DNA of 64,000 nt, taken from assembly GCA_944326425.1 (NCBI GenBank), contig CALVDX010000002.1:72902-136901 (forward strand), in the 5' to 3' direction. Shown here in pieces: positions 37,388 to 46,090 of the stretch. How positions within the stretch are numbered: the first letter of the stretch is position 1; each line of letters opens with the position of its first letter. The position numbers were made by a program, and so were the translations under genes. Below the pieces are notes generated by a model. It did not search any database and had not been told where the DNA came from. It saw only the letters and a list, made by a program, of their open reading frames with translations. The DNA is from Candidatus Gastranaerophilales bacterium (lineage in GTDB: Bacteria; Cyanobacteriota; Vampirovibrionia; Gastranaerophilales; Gastranaerophilaceae).

Positions 37388-37858
37388 TTATGAATATTTT
37401 TTTTCCAGCTCTAACAGGAGTTTTTTAACGGCAAGCCCGCCGGCATAACCTGTTAAATCACCATTTTTACCAACTACCCTGTGACAGGGAATAATAATCA
37501 TTAGTCTATTACGGTTATTTGCCTGTCCTACAGCCCTGCAAGCTTTTGACGATCCGCAGCGTTCGGCAAGCTCGCTATAAGAGATTGTTTCTCCGTACGG
37601 AATCTGTTTAAGTTCTTCCCACACACGCTTTTGGAACTCTGTTCCGCTTGTAACAACAGGGAAGTCAAAAACTTGACGCTGTCCGGTAAAATATTCATCC
37701 AACTGCTCTTTTACTGTCTTTATAAGTTCGGTCTCAGTATAATTTTCTTCTTTTACAACCTCATCACCGGCGGCATAAATACCGGAAACAGCATCTCCAT
37801 CCTGCACGATTATTAATTCAATATCTTTAAATTTGTATAACCCGAAATACCTATTCAT
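37388..37858 (-). CDS. ogt: Methylated-DNA--protein-cysteine methyltransferase
   Basis: Active-site motif IPCHRVV. Confidence 0.9.
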   Translation of the reverse strand: MNRYFGLYKFKDIELIIVQDGDAVSGIYAAGDEVVKEENYTETELIKTVKEQLDEYFTGQRQVFDFPVVTSGTEFQKRVWEELKQIPYGETISYSELAERCGSSKACRAVGQANNRNRLMIIIPCHRVVGKNGDLTGYAGGLAVKKLLLELEKKYS

Positions 37859-38852
37859 AGAAACTATTATACCCGATTTGAATCTCTTTGTCTAAGAATT
37901 CTTTTACTTTTTCAAGGCGTAATTTTTTATCAGGATATGCTTTGCGTAACTCCTGCAAGCCGGATATAATATCCCTGTAATAAAAATCATCACCGCAAAC
38001 ATAATTCCATGTTCTAAGATCCTCCTCTCCGCGCATATATGGCAGCTCATACTTTTCTCCCGCAAGTATAATTTTTTTCATTAATAAATGCCTTAAACCA
38101 ACATTATCAAGTCCCATAGGCGCTTTATAATCCAAATCAATTTTTTCAAGAAAAACCCTTAATAGACCGGCTTCTGTATTCGACTCGGGCATAAAAACAG
38201 TATCTATGTCATCTACTATCCTTAACGATTTACCGGCCAATACAAAATTATTAGGATTTTTGGTATCAAAAGCGTAGAACTTTCCGCCGGTTTTGATTTT
38301 ATTAAGCACAGCAAAATCTCTTGCCAGAGCATCAAAACATTTTTGCGGAAGATTTGCAAACTTCGGAAGATATTCATTATTCCAGATAACACCTTTATCC
38401 TGTAAGGTTGAATAGGCCTCCTTGGAATCCGGCACACCTGCCTGAATATGCTTTCCATAGGATGTTACGTTTTTTAACACCTTAACCCACATATTAAAAT
38501 CAACTACCGAACTGCCATAGTATGATTTAAGCTCCCCAAAAATATTCTTATCCGGCAATTGAGGATAAACATCCACGTTTTTTATATGTTTATTAACTTT
38601 AAGGACATATTTGTCATCTATTTTATAAACAATTCCGCGAAACCCTTCACCAAGCTTGGAAGGCAATCCCAGATGCTTAAGAAAAAGGCTGAGCCGCGTA
38701 TTCAATTGTTTACAAGCACTCTCGGAATTATACCCTTCCTTTATAAATTCATCAATTGCCCGCCCGAAGTTTGTACGTGTATATCCCTCAAACGCAGGCG
38801 AGTGTTCATATTGTTCATTTTTAATAATTTTGGGCAAAAACTGTATATTCAT
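37851..38852 (-). CDS. Hypothetical protein with a protein-kinase-like N-lobe signature and the N-terminal motif; probably leaderless
   Basis: LGEGFRGIVYKIDDKYVLKV resembles a Gly-rich loop plus VxK. The N-terminus reads MNIQFLPKIIKNEQYEHSPAFEG. A TACCAT -10 box ends 6 nt before the ATG and there is no SD. Confidence 0.45.
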   Translation of the reverse strand: MNIQFLPKIIKNEQYEHSPAFEGYTRTNFGRAIDEFIKEGYNSESACKQLNTRLSLFLKHLGLPSKLGEGFRGIVYKIDDKYVLKVNKHIKNVDVYPQLPDKNIFGELKSYYGSSVVDFNMWVKVLKNVTSYGKHIQAGVPDSKEAYSTLQDKGVIWNNEYLPKFANLPQKCFDALARDFAVLNKIKTGGKFYAFDTKNPNNFVLAGKSLRIVDDIDTVFMPESNTEAGLLRVFLEKIDLDYKAPMGLDNVGLRHLLMKKIILAGEKYELPYMRGEEDLRTWNYVCGDDFYYRDIISGLQELRKAYPDKKLRLEKVKEFLDKEIQIGYNSFYE

Positions 38853-38858
38853 AGCAGC

Positions 38859-38925
38859 ATGGTAAACAGAACTGAATACCCAGAATTGCCATATAACAGG
38901 AAGTTTATTTACAAATATTTACAAA
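38859..38925 (-). promoter_or_regulatory. Promoter region: HLR1-like box, GGCAAT element and -10 box
   Basis: On the plus strand, TTTACAAA-TA-TTTACAAA at 38908-38925. On the minus strand, GGCAAT at 38890..38885 and TACCAT at 38864..38859. Confidence 0.45.
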
Positions 38926-39333
38926 AGTCTTTATAACACTAAAAAAAAGACCTTGCAAAAACAACAAAGTCTTACCTTAAAAAGTTTAAACAACAATTCA
39001 CAATCTCAATTCAATTTTATGCAGAATCGGGTATACATGCCAACTTTTTTACAAAACTTAATAATTAAAAAAGACATGGTAACATGCACCACAACATGGT
39101 TAGACATGTTTGAAAACGCTCAAAGTTTCAAGGCATCCATGATAGCATGCTGTTAAAAAGCGGAAAAAGCCTTTATTAGCGGGGCATAGGGGTTTCAAAA
39201 AAACGTAACAAAACGTAATAAAAGGGTTGTAAATACACCCTTAATCCTTATAATTAAAATTAAGGTTATAAAAGAACTTCGGTTAACATTTGACAGGGAA
39301 GTCGGTATAAGTAAAGAGTTTTGGGGAGGAATT

Positions 39334-39552
39334 GTGCTAAGAAGTCGTGATATGGGAAGGGCTATAGCTGTTAGAAGATGGACACCTACTGCTATAGAAT
39401 GTTATAAACGCGGTTGTAATTGTGAAGGTTGTTTTTATAAAGATTTTTTCAGCGGATCATCACAAAAATGCCAGATGAAAGCATCCGTTTTGGAACTTGT
39501 TAGGGTCATTGGTACACCAAATGTCGAAGTTCCGCAAATAATTTCAGATTAA
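39334..39552 (+). CDS. Small Cys-rich hypothetical protein
   Basis: ORF with a GTG start (or ATG at MGRAIAV) and a CYKRGCNCEGC motif. Family unknown. Confidence 0.35.
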   Translation: MLRSRDMGRAIAVRRWTPTAIECYKRGCNCEGCFYKDFFSGSSQKCQMKASVLELVRVIGTPNVEVPQIISD

Positions 39553-39617
39553 GGGCTTTAAATTTTACGCAAAATATTGTATACTTAAAAAGTATCACAC
39601 ATCTCGGAGGTTTTTTA

Positions 39618-39974
39618 ATGCGTATTTATGTGAACGGAAAAAACATCGAAATTACCGATGCAATCAAAGCTTATGTCAAAGAAAAGCTGGGCAAAGTAGC
39701 CAACCACTATGACCAAATTACAGGTATTGACGTTATCTTGTCGGTTGTGAAAAACCCTGCAGCTTCTGATAAGCACATTGCAGAAGTTTCTTGTAAACTT
39801 AATTCCGGTGTTATCCATCTTGAAGAAGCAGGCGAATCTATGTATGCTAGTATTGATTTACTTGCCGACAAACTCGACAGACAGGTTAAAAAGTACAAAG
39901 CAAAAGCTCTTTATTCAGACAAAACAACAATCAGAAACGTTGAGTTAGAGGAAGAACCGGTTACTGAAGGATAA
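39618..39974 (+). CDS. hpf: Ribosome hibernation factor (short HPF/RaiA)
   Basis: MRIYVNGKNIEITDAIKAYVKEKLGK... and the C-terminal DKLDRQVKKYK are typical of this family. GGAGG precedes the ATG. Confidence 0.85.
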   Translation: MRIYVNGKNIEITDAIKAYVKEKLGKVANHYDQITGIDVILSVVKNPAASDKHIAEVSCKLNSGVIHLEEAGESMYASIDLLADKLDRQVKKYKAKALYSDKTTIRNVELEEEPVTEG

Positions 39975-39975
39975 T

Positions 39976-40767
39976 ATGATTAATAATAAAAAAGTCGTTG
40001 TTATTATGCCGGCATACAATGCCGAAAAAACTTTAGAACAAACTTACAACGACATTTCTCAGGATTTCGTCGACGAGATTATACTCGTCGACGATTTTTC
40101 AAGTGACGGAACAAAAGAAATAGCAAAAAAGCTTAATATAACAACAATAGTACACGACCGGAACCGTGGATACGGCGGAAACCAAAAGTCCTGCTATAAA
40201 GCAGCACTAAAAGCAGGAGCAGATATCGTAATTATGGTACACCCGGACTATCAATATACCCCAAAACTCATCCCAGCTATGGCTGCTATGATGGCCTTTG
40301 AAGGATATAATGCCGTCATTGCTTCAAGAATGCTTGGCAACGGAGCCTTGAGAGGCGGAATGCCTTTATACAAATTTGTGGCAAACAAATTTCTTACAGC
40401 GTTTGAAAACCTGTTTCTCGGAGAAAATCTTACCGAATACCATACGGGATTTAGAGGATTCACAAAAGAAATCCTTGAAACATTACCGCTTGAAAGCTGC
40501 AGCGATGATTTTTGTTTTGATAATGAAATGCTTGCACTCATTTTCTGGAATAATTACAAAATTGGTGAAATATCCTGCCCTACAAAGTATTTTAAAGAAG
40601 CTTCATCAATAAATTTTGTACGTTCATTAAAGTACGGATTTGAAGTGCTATACATAAGCATGATTTACAGAGTTGGGAAAATGGGAATAAAAACAGGTGT
40701 ATTCAAGCAAGGCTTAAAAAAATTGGACTTAAAGACAGACATTGAATATTACCATAAGAGGATTTAA
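39976..40767 (+). CDS. Family 2 glycosyltransferase (polyprenol-phosphate sugar synthase-like)
   Basis: VVIMPAYNAEKTL...VDDFSSDGT... motifs. Confidence 0.75.
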   Translation: MINNKKVVVIMPAYNAEKTLEQTYNDISQDFVDEIILVDDFSSDGTKEIAKKLNITTIVHDRNRGYGGNQKSCYKAALKAGADIVIMVHPDYQYTPKLIPAMAAMMAFEGYNAVIASRMLGNGALRGGMPLYKFVANKFLTAFENLFLGENLTEYHTGFRGFTKEILETLPLESCSDDFCFDNEMLALIFWNNYKIGEISCPTKYFKEASSINFVRSLKYGFEVLYISMIYRVGKMGIKTGVFKQGLKKLDLKTDIEYYHKRI

Positions 40768-40768
40768 A

Positions 40769-41236
40769 ATGGCGGAAATAAAATTAATTGGAACAGATGT
40801 TGATGGAACACTTACAGATGCGGGAATGTATTATTCCGCCGATGGCGACGTGATGAAAAAATTCAATACTCATGACGGAATGGGCCTGAAACTCTGCCAG
40901 CAGGCTGGAATTAAAACCGCAATCCTAACCTCGGAAAATACCCCGATTGTTGCTAAACGTGCTGAAAAACTCAAAATCGATTATCTGTTTCAGGGTATGA
41001 AAAGCAAGCTGGAAGTTATAACTAACCTGTGCAAAGAACTTGGCATAGGGTTGGAAAATGTTGCATACATCGGCGATGATATTAATGATTTTGAAATCCT
41101 TTCTGCTGTAGGATTAAAAGCGTGTCCGGCGGATAGTATAAAAAAAATCAAAGAAATCCCCGGCATTAAAATAATGTCCTTAAAAGGCGGCGAAGGCGCT
41201 GTAAGAGAGTTTATTGATGACTATATTTTGAAATAG
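40769..41236 (+). CDS. HAD-IIIA phosphatase (KdsC/YrbI-like)
   Basis: TDVDGTLTD, GDDINDF and typical length. The start is taken at MAEIKLIG. Confidence 0.7.
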   Translation: MAEIKLIGTDVDGTLTDAGMYYSADGDVMKKFNTHDGMGLKLCQQAGIKTAILTSENTPIVAKRAEKLKIDYLFQGMKSKLEVITNLCKELGIGLENVAYIGDDINDFEILSAVGLKACPADSIKKIKEIPGIKIMSLKGGEGAVREFIDDYILK

Positions 41237-41289
41237 TTTCTCATATATATTTATAAACGGATACCCGCCCTAAAATAAAAAGGAGTCTG

Positions 41290-41745
41290 TTAATTATTAT
41301 TTCTATTTGCACACACCTGCTCTATCTCTCTGCGCAGTTCTAAATTCTTTGCTTTCAGTTTTAATATTGGCGTTGAAAAAATTATAGTCATACAGAATAA
41401 AATAAACAGGTAAATAAAGTAAAAAGTTATCCAATCATTTTTCATATAAAACACTACTAAATAACATAATATCACAGCAACAATAAGAACATACAATATT
41501 CTATATTTTATCCAGTCAATTGCAAAACATAATTCTTTTGATACCAACATTGGAGCCGTTAGAAATATAATACCTATATTCAAAATACCTAAATCGGTAA
41601 ATGCAATTTTTACATCAGGAAATACGACAAATATATCACCCATGAATCCTAATGTTAATAAAATCACAACTATTTTAGCTATAATATTTACCCATTGACT
41701 AATCCGTTTAGAGAATTTCTCTTTTAAAACAATGTATTTGTACAA
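41290..41745 (-). CDS. Cassette A, small polytopic membrane protein (4 TM) with the conserved tail PILKLKAKNLELRRE
   Basis: Homologous to the C-terminal half of the 58833..59693 protein. A 33-nt stretch is identical at 41339-41371. Confidence 0.6.
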   Translation of the reverse strand: MYKYIVLKEKFSKRISQWVNIIAKIVVILLTLGFMGDIFVVFPDVKIAFTDLGILNIGIIFLTAPMLVSKELCFAIDWIKYRILYVLIVAVILCYLVVFYMKNDWITFYFIYLFILFCMTIIFSTPILKLKAKNLELRREIEQVCANRNNN

Positions 41746-42701
41746 GAGCCATAAAGGGAATAACTCTTTGTATAATCTTCTTCTGCTTCCTTATACAACT
41801 GCTTGCTCCGCTGATGCAGTTTGTATAACGGCAAACGAAAAATCATTACCAGTGCGATTATTATCATGGCAAATTTTACAACATACGTCATCGGGGCGGG
41901 AGTATCGTTTGTTGAAGTTATGGATACCACAACAGAACGATTAACATAATAAATCCCCGCGCCAAAGGCTATTAGAACGTAAACTATATGACGGTATAAA
42001 TAACGAATCAAATCGTTCAATTTTTGTGCGTTTGAAAGAGAAATATAGAATATTAAAAATATTATAACCGGCATTAAGTAATAAAAATCGGTTTCTAGCA
42101 ATAAATCATACCGGACACGGCAAAGATAATAAATAAATATCGGCAAAATAACCGGTAATATTTGGATAAATAAATTGTTGAAGTATTTGTTATTAATCAT
42201 AACTAATTTATTCATTTTGATACAATTTTCAGCCCGCCACAGGAAATATACAACTAAAAAAGCAACGTAATATATCCACATTGCCACAGCCGCAGCCATA
42301 AGCCAGAAGAGCAGCATTACATTTGAAAATAATGTATAAAATGCGTACGCAAAAATGAGCAGAATTAAAGGAAATAAAATAAAAAAAATACTTAATATTG
42401 TTTGTTTTTTTACAGAATATTTTATTTTAAAAAGACAGACTATTAATCTTCTATTAATAGTCAATTTTTTAATCAAAATACCTAATATTATAACAACAAA
42501 CGGAGATGCGAAAAACAACGGATAATGCAAAAAGAGTTTTACGAAATCAAAAATTGCGTTAACAATTCCCGCATTATCCGGAGCATCATAAAAAACAAAA
42601 AACATAGTTGCAAATGCGCCGGAAATAACTGATAATATAAACAGTAATATAGTTTCAAAATTTAAATATTCTTTTATTTTTATCATAATAAATTTAACCA
42701 A
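41724..42701 (-). CDS. Cassette A, polytopic membrane protein (~9 TM)
   Basis: Long hydrophobic ORF directly downstream of 42765..43847. The C-terminal tail PLYKLHQRSKQLYKEAEE is related to the tails of the other three cassette membrane proteins. Confidence 0.6.
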   Translation of the reverse strand: MVKFIMIKIKEYLNFETILLFILSVISGAFATMFFVFYDAPDNAGIVNAIFDFVKLFLHYPLFFASPFVVIILGILIKKLTINRRLIVCLFKIKYSVKKQTILSIFFILFPLILLIFAYAFYTLFSNVMLLFWLMAAAVAMWIYYVAFLVVYFLWRAENCIKMNKLVMINNKYFNNLFIQILPVILPIFIYYLCRVRYDLLLETDFYYLMPVIIFLIFYISLSNAQKLNDLIRYLYRHIVYVLIAFGAGIYYVNRSVVVSITSTNDTPAPMTYVVKFAMIIIALVMIFRLPLYKLHQRSKQLYKEAEEDYTKSYSLYGSCTNTLF

Positions 42702-42764
42702 TTAAAGACATATAGTATAATACTATATGTCTTTAATTTTTGCAATATATTTAATACATTTACA

Positions 42765-43847
42765 CTATTTCCAACCGGGAATTTTTGTCAACTCTTCTTT
42801 AGTATACTTTACATTAATTAAAAGAACATAATTAGTTAACATGCCTTTTTCCTGCTGAATATAGGCATTATTGTTAAAAACTGTCAACAGGTCATCACCC
42901 GTTCTATATTCAAAATCATAAAAGTCCGGAATTTGAAAATACAAATCACCATTAGTATCAATATATGGGCTAAAAATATGGGCTTCCCCAATAAGCGCAC
43001 CCAAATCAGGATCAGAATTATAAAACTTCAAACCGGGTATTGTTTTCCCTATTAACATACCATTTTTTATTTGTTCTTTATTTTCAACCAATAACCTGAT
43101 TAAAGCGTGATTTTGTTTTACACTTTTCACCAAAGAAGATTCTCTATCCGGTGATATGATTATACAATCATCGGTTATTTTATTATTTATTTGTTTTATA
43201 TGCTGCTTAATATTTTGATTTTTTATATCATTAACCCTAGCCACCGTAGTACCTTCATCAACATTTCGGCAACCTTGCAATGCATATTTGTAATAACGCA
43301 CTGCTGTAGGATATTTTTGAGCATAGCTGCCGGCACCGATACCTGTTTTAGCAGCTATAGCTTGAAACTTATACCCATCCGGACTTCTCAGTACATCCTC
43401 CTTAATATTACCCCCATTCTTTTCTTTAGATTCATTCTTAACAAGTTTTTCCGTTTTCAAATTTGCATCTGCTGCAAATCCTGTCGGCATCCCGTAACGT
43501 TTCTGTACATCTCTGTCCATATAATCATTTATCTCTTTCTCAAGTTCTGATTTGTATTCTTGGGGTGACTTCATTACAGGTTTATTTGGATTCCCGTGTC
43601 CCGCTTTTGAACGGTAATGCGCCCGTACTACTGTGCCATCCTGTCTTGTATATTCTTGAACAAAGACGACATCATCCGAGCTTGCAAGTTCCGAATTTCT
43701 TGGGAAACCGATTTTTCCGTACTGGTAGTCCAATGCCTTCTGGTAATATTTGCCCTCTTCATTATCCATCGCTATTACATCTTCGTGACTAAATATCCGG
43801 TTATCGTTCATAACCTCATTGATGTAATCTCTCAAACTATTTTGCAT
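42765..43847 (-). CDS. Cassette A, soluble protein with conserved N- and C-terminal modules and a variable core
   Basis: The N-terminal ~110 aa and C-terminal ~110 aa are collinear with the 60736..62190 protein. Carries VVFVQEYTRQDGTVVRAHYRS. SD GGGAGG. No signal peptide. Confidence 0.65.
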   Translation of the reverse strand: MQNSLRDYINEVMNDNRIFSHEDVIAMDNEEGKYYQKALDYQYGKIGFPRNSELASSDDVVFVQEYTRQDGTVVRAHYRSKAGHGNPNKPVMKSPQEYKSELEKEINDYMDRDVQKRYGMPTGFAADANLKTEKLVKNESKEKNGGNIKEDVLRSPDGYKFQAIAAKTGIGAGSYAQKYPTAVRYYKYALQGCRNVDEGTTVARVNDIKNQNIKQHIKQINNKITDDCIIISPDRESSLVKSVKQNHALIRLLVENKEQIKNGMLIGKTIPGLKFYNSDPDLGALIGEAHIFSPYIDTNGDLYFQIPDFYDFEYRTGDDLLTVFNNNAYIQQEKGMLTNYVLLINVKYTKEELTKIPGWK

Positions 43848-44087
43848 TTCAACACCTCCCTTTTACAAAATAATATAAATACGTATTACGTATTGTAAAT
43901 TATTTTTATTATTTATCAATACTATATCTTATAAGTACAGATATTAATACCATAGTTCAATACCAAATTACCATTTAGGATAAAAATAATTAACGACAAG
44001 GCAATTCATATCAATACAAATTATACAATACCTGTACAGGGTAAATATCCGGATAAATTATCCGGTTAATACAACAAACAGTTTCAA

Positions 44088-45143
44088 TTAAACATTTTTG
44101 AGTTTTTTAAATAAATAATTCAGCTTTTTATAATCCGTTCCCAACCCGGTTAGCAGAAGAACAGATTTATCATTAGCGCGCTCATCTTCTATCTTGTTTT
44201 TATACAAAAAACCGGAGAGTTCAAACCCTGTCATACCCTGCTTTTTTATAACAATCTTTGTTATATCGCCGTCAAAAAACTCCACACCGGTACAATTCTC
44301 CTTTAATTCACAAATTTGTGTTATTAAAGTATCGATTTTTGCCCTGCCTTTTTTAGAATTAAGATAATGAATAGTTGCTTCAATGACCGCCAGCAGCGGA
44401 TATGACGGAGATGTTGTACTAAAAAGCGATAATGCCCTGTCTACATCAAGGTTTGTATTGGTATGAAGAAGAGCAGCAGGGTTAAGTCCGCCTGCAGTTT
44501 TATGAAGTGACTGAACAGTAAAATCCGCAAATTTAACCGCACTTTCAGGAAGTTTGTCAGAAAATGGGTAAAGAGCCCCATGAGCCTCATCAACAATCAA
44601 ATAAGCCCCGTATTTATGACAAACCTCCGCAAGAAGCGGAATATTTGAAACAACCCCCTCATAATGCGGAGAAGTAGCAATAACAGCCTTTATATCACCT
44701 GATTTTAAATACGGTTCAAGAATATCAACAGTTATAGCCTGCGGAATTCCCCACTCTTCTATTAACGGGATTGAATACTCTTCCATCTCGGCTCCGGCAA
44801 GAATACAGGCATTTTTGTGACAGGGATGTGCGTTATCCCAGATTAAAACCTTATCACCTCGGCGGACACAAGCCAAAACAGCAGCAATAATACCGCTTGT
44901 TGACCCGTTTATTAAATATCTGGTTTTAACCGTACCATAAATACCGGCTGCCCTCTTTTCAGAACACACCAGTGCCTCTTCCGGATTATAAACATCCGTT
45001 TCCGATATATCATTCTTATAAAACTGATAAAATTTGTGCTTAATAAAAAACTTCCCGCCATGGCTCGGGGTTGTAAAACATTTTACATTTGTTTTTTTAC
45101 TCAAAATACTATTCAGGTTTTTGTTCATTTTCTTCTGTCTCAT
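44088..45143 (-). CDS. PLP-dependent Orn/Lys/Arg decarboxylase-family protein (short form)
   Basis: SLHKTAGGL (PLP lysine) within a fold-type I context. Confidence 0.65.
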   Translation of the reverse strand: MRQKKMNKNLNSILSKKTNVKCFTTPSHGGKFFIKHKFYQFYKNDISETDVYNPEEALVCSEKRAAGIYGTVKTRYLINGSTSGIIAAVLACVRRGDKVLIWDNAHPCHKNACILAGAEMEEYSIPLIEEWGIPQAITVDILEPYLKSGDIKAVIATSPHYEGVVSNIPLLAEVCHKYGAYLIVDEAHGALYPFSDKLPESAVKFADFTVQSLHKTAGGLNPAALLHTNTNLDVDRALSLFSTTSPSYPLLAVIEATIHYLNSKKGRAKIDTLITQICELKENCTGVEFFDGDITKIVIKKQGMTGFELSGFLYKNKIEDERANDKSVLLLTGLGTDYKKLNYLFKKLKNV

Positions 45144-45477
45144 TTTCAGGAGTTTGGATCTTCACTTCTTCCGGAACTTCTACTTCAGGAGAAAGTTTTT
45201 TACTCAACTCGGACATTGTCATATTTCTATCCATTTTCTTAAGTGCCTGTAGTACATCTGTCTGGTAATCCGAATCAGCAAGATTTTTAGGTTTATCAAG
45301 AATCGCCCCCATCATTCTGCCCAAAATCCCCATAACAACAGTTGCCGGAACAATACGATACATCATTGACATCACTGAATTCATGTCGATGTAGTCATAA
45401 TTAAACAGACATATCCCTGACAGTACAAGGAAAGTAATAACCGCAAACGATGTACAAAGGGTACTTTTTAAATCCAT
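45109..45477 (-). CDS. Small 2-TM protein with an acidic tail
   Basis: ORF lying between the PilZ gene and the decarboxylase gene. Confidence 0.4.
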   Translation of the reverse strand: MDLKSTLCTSFAVITFLVLSGICLFNYDYIDMNSVMSMMYRIVPATVVMGILGRMMGAILDKPKNLADSDYQTDVLQALKKMDRNMTMSELSKKLSPEVEVPEEVKIQTPENETEENEQKPE

Positions 45478-45478
45478 A

Positions 45479-46069
45479 TTACTTGTTTATATTCTCCATA
45501 TTCTTTTTCATACAGAACTGAACAAGAGTCATCTTGTCAATATTGCTCAAGCACGTAAACCTGCCGGATATAGTATAAACACCGGCATCATTTTTTTCAA
45601 CTCTTATAAGTTTGTATTTACAGCTGACGCTCAAATCTTTTTCAAGCTGCAATGTAACATCATATTCATCTTCAATATTAATATTTTCTTTTGTAGAAAG
45701 TTTCATCCCGCCGGCAGAAATATCCAGAGTTCTTGCCTTATGAATAGTATTACCTGATTTAAGTTCAATATCGGAAAGGAACGTTATCCGGGTAAATTTA
45801 CGGCGCTGTAGAAATCTGTGCTTAATAGGATTTGCAATAGAAATTATATTATTATTCAATTCTTTAATATAAGATTCAAAGTATAAATATCCATTATCCG
45901 TAAGAGAATAAAAATCACAAATGTGATTTTGGATGAGTCCTTTAGGAGTATATTTCAACTGCATAGTAAACCCTTCCATATCGACATTCAGGACTTTACC
46001 CTTATTTGAATTCTTAAAATCCTGCGGAACAATATCAACAATCTGATCTTTTTTTATAAGTTCTCTCAT
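45479..46069 (-). CDS. PilZ-domain protein (YcgR-like architecture)
   Basis: RRKFTR...DISAGG motifs in the C-terminal half. Located immediately downstream of flhA. Confidence 0.7.
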   Translation of the reverse strand: MRELIKKDQIVDIVPQDFKNSNKGKVLNVDMEGFTMQLKYTPKGLIQNHICDFYSLTDNGYLYFESYIKELNNNIISIANPIKHRFLQRRKFTRITFLSDIELKSGNTIHKARTLDISAGGMKLSTKENINIEDEYDVTLQLEKDLSVSCKYKLIRVEKNDAGVYTISGRFTCLSNIDKMTLVQFCMKKNMENINK

Positions 46070-46090
46070 AACTATCCTTTCTGTTTTGGA

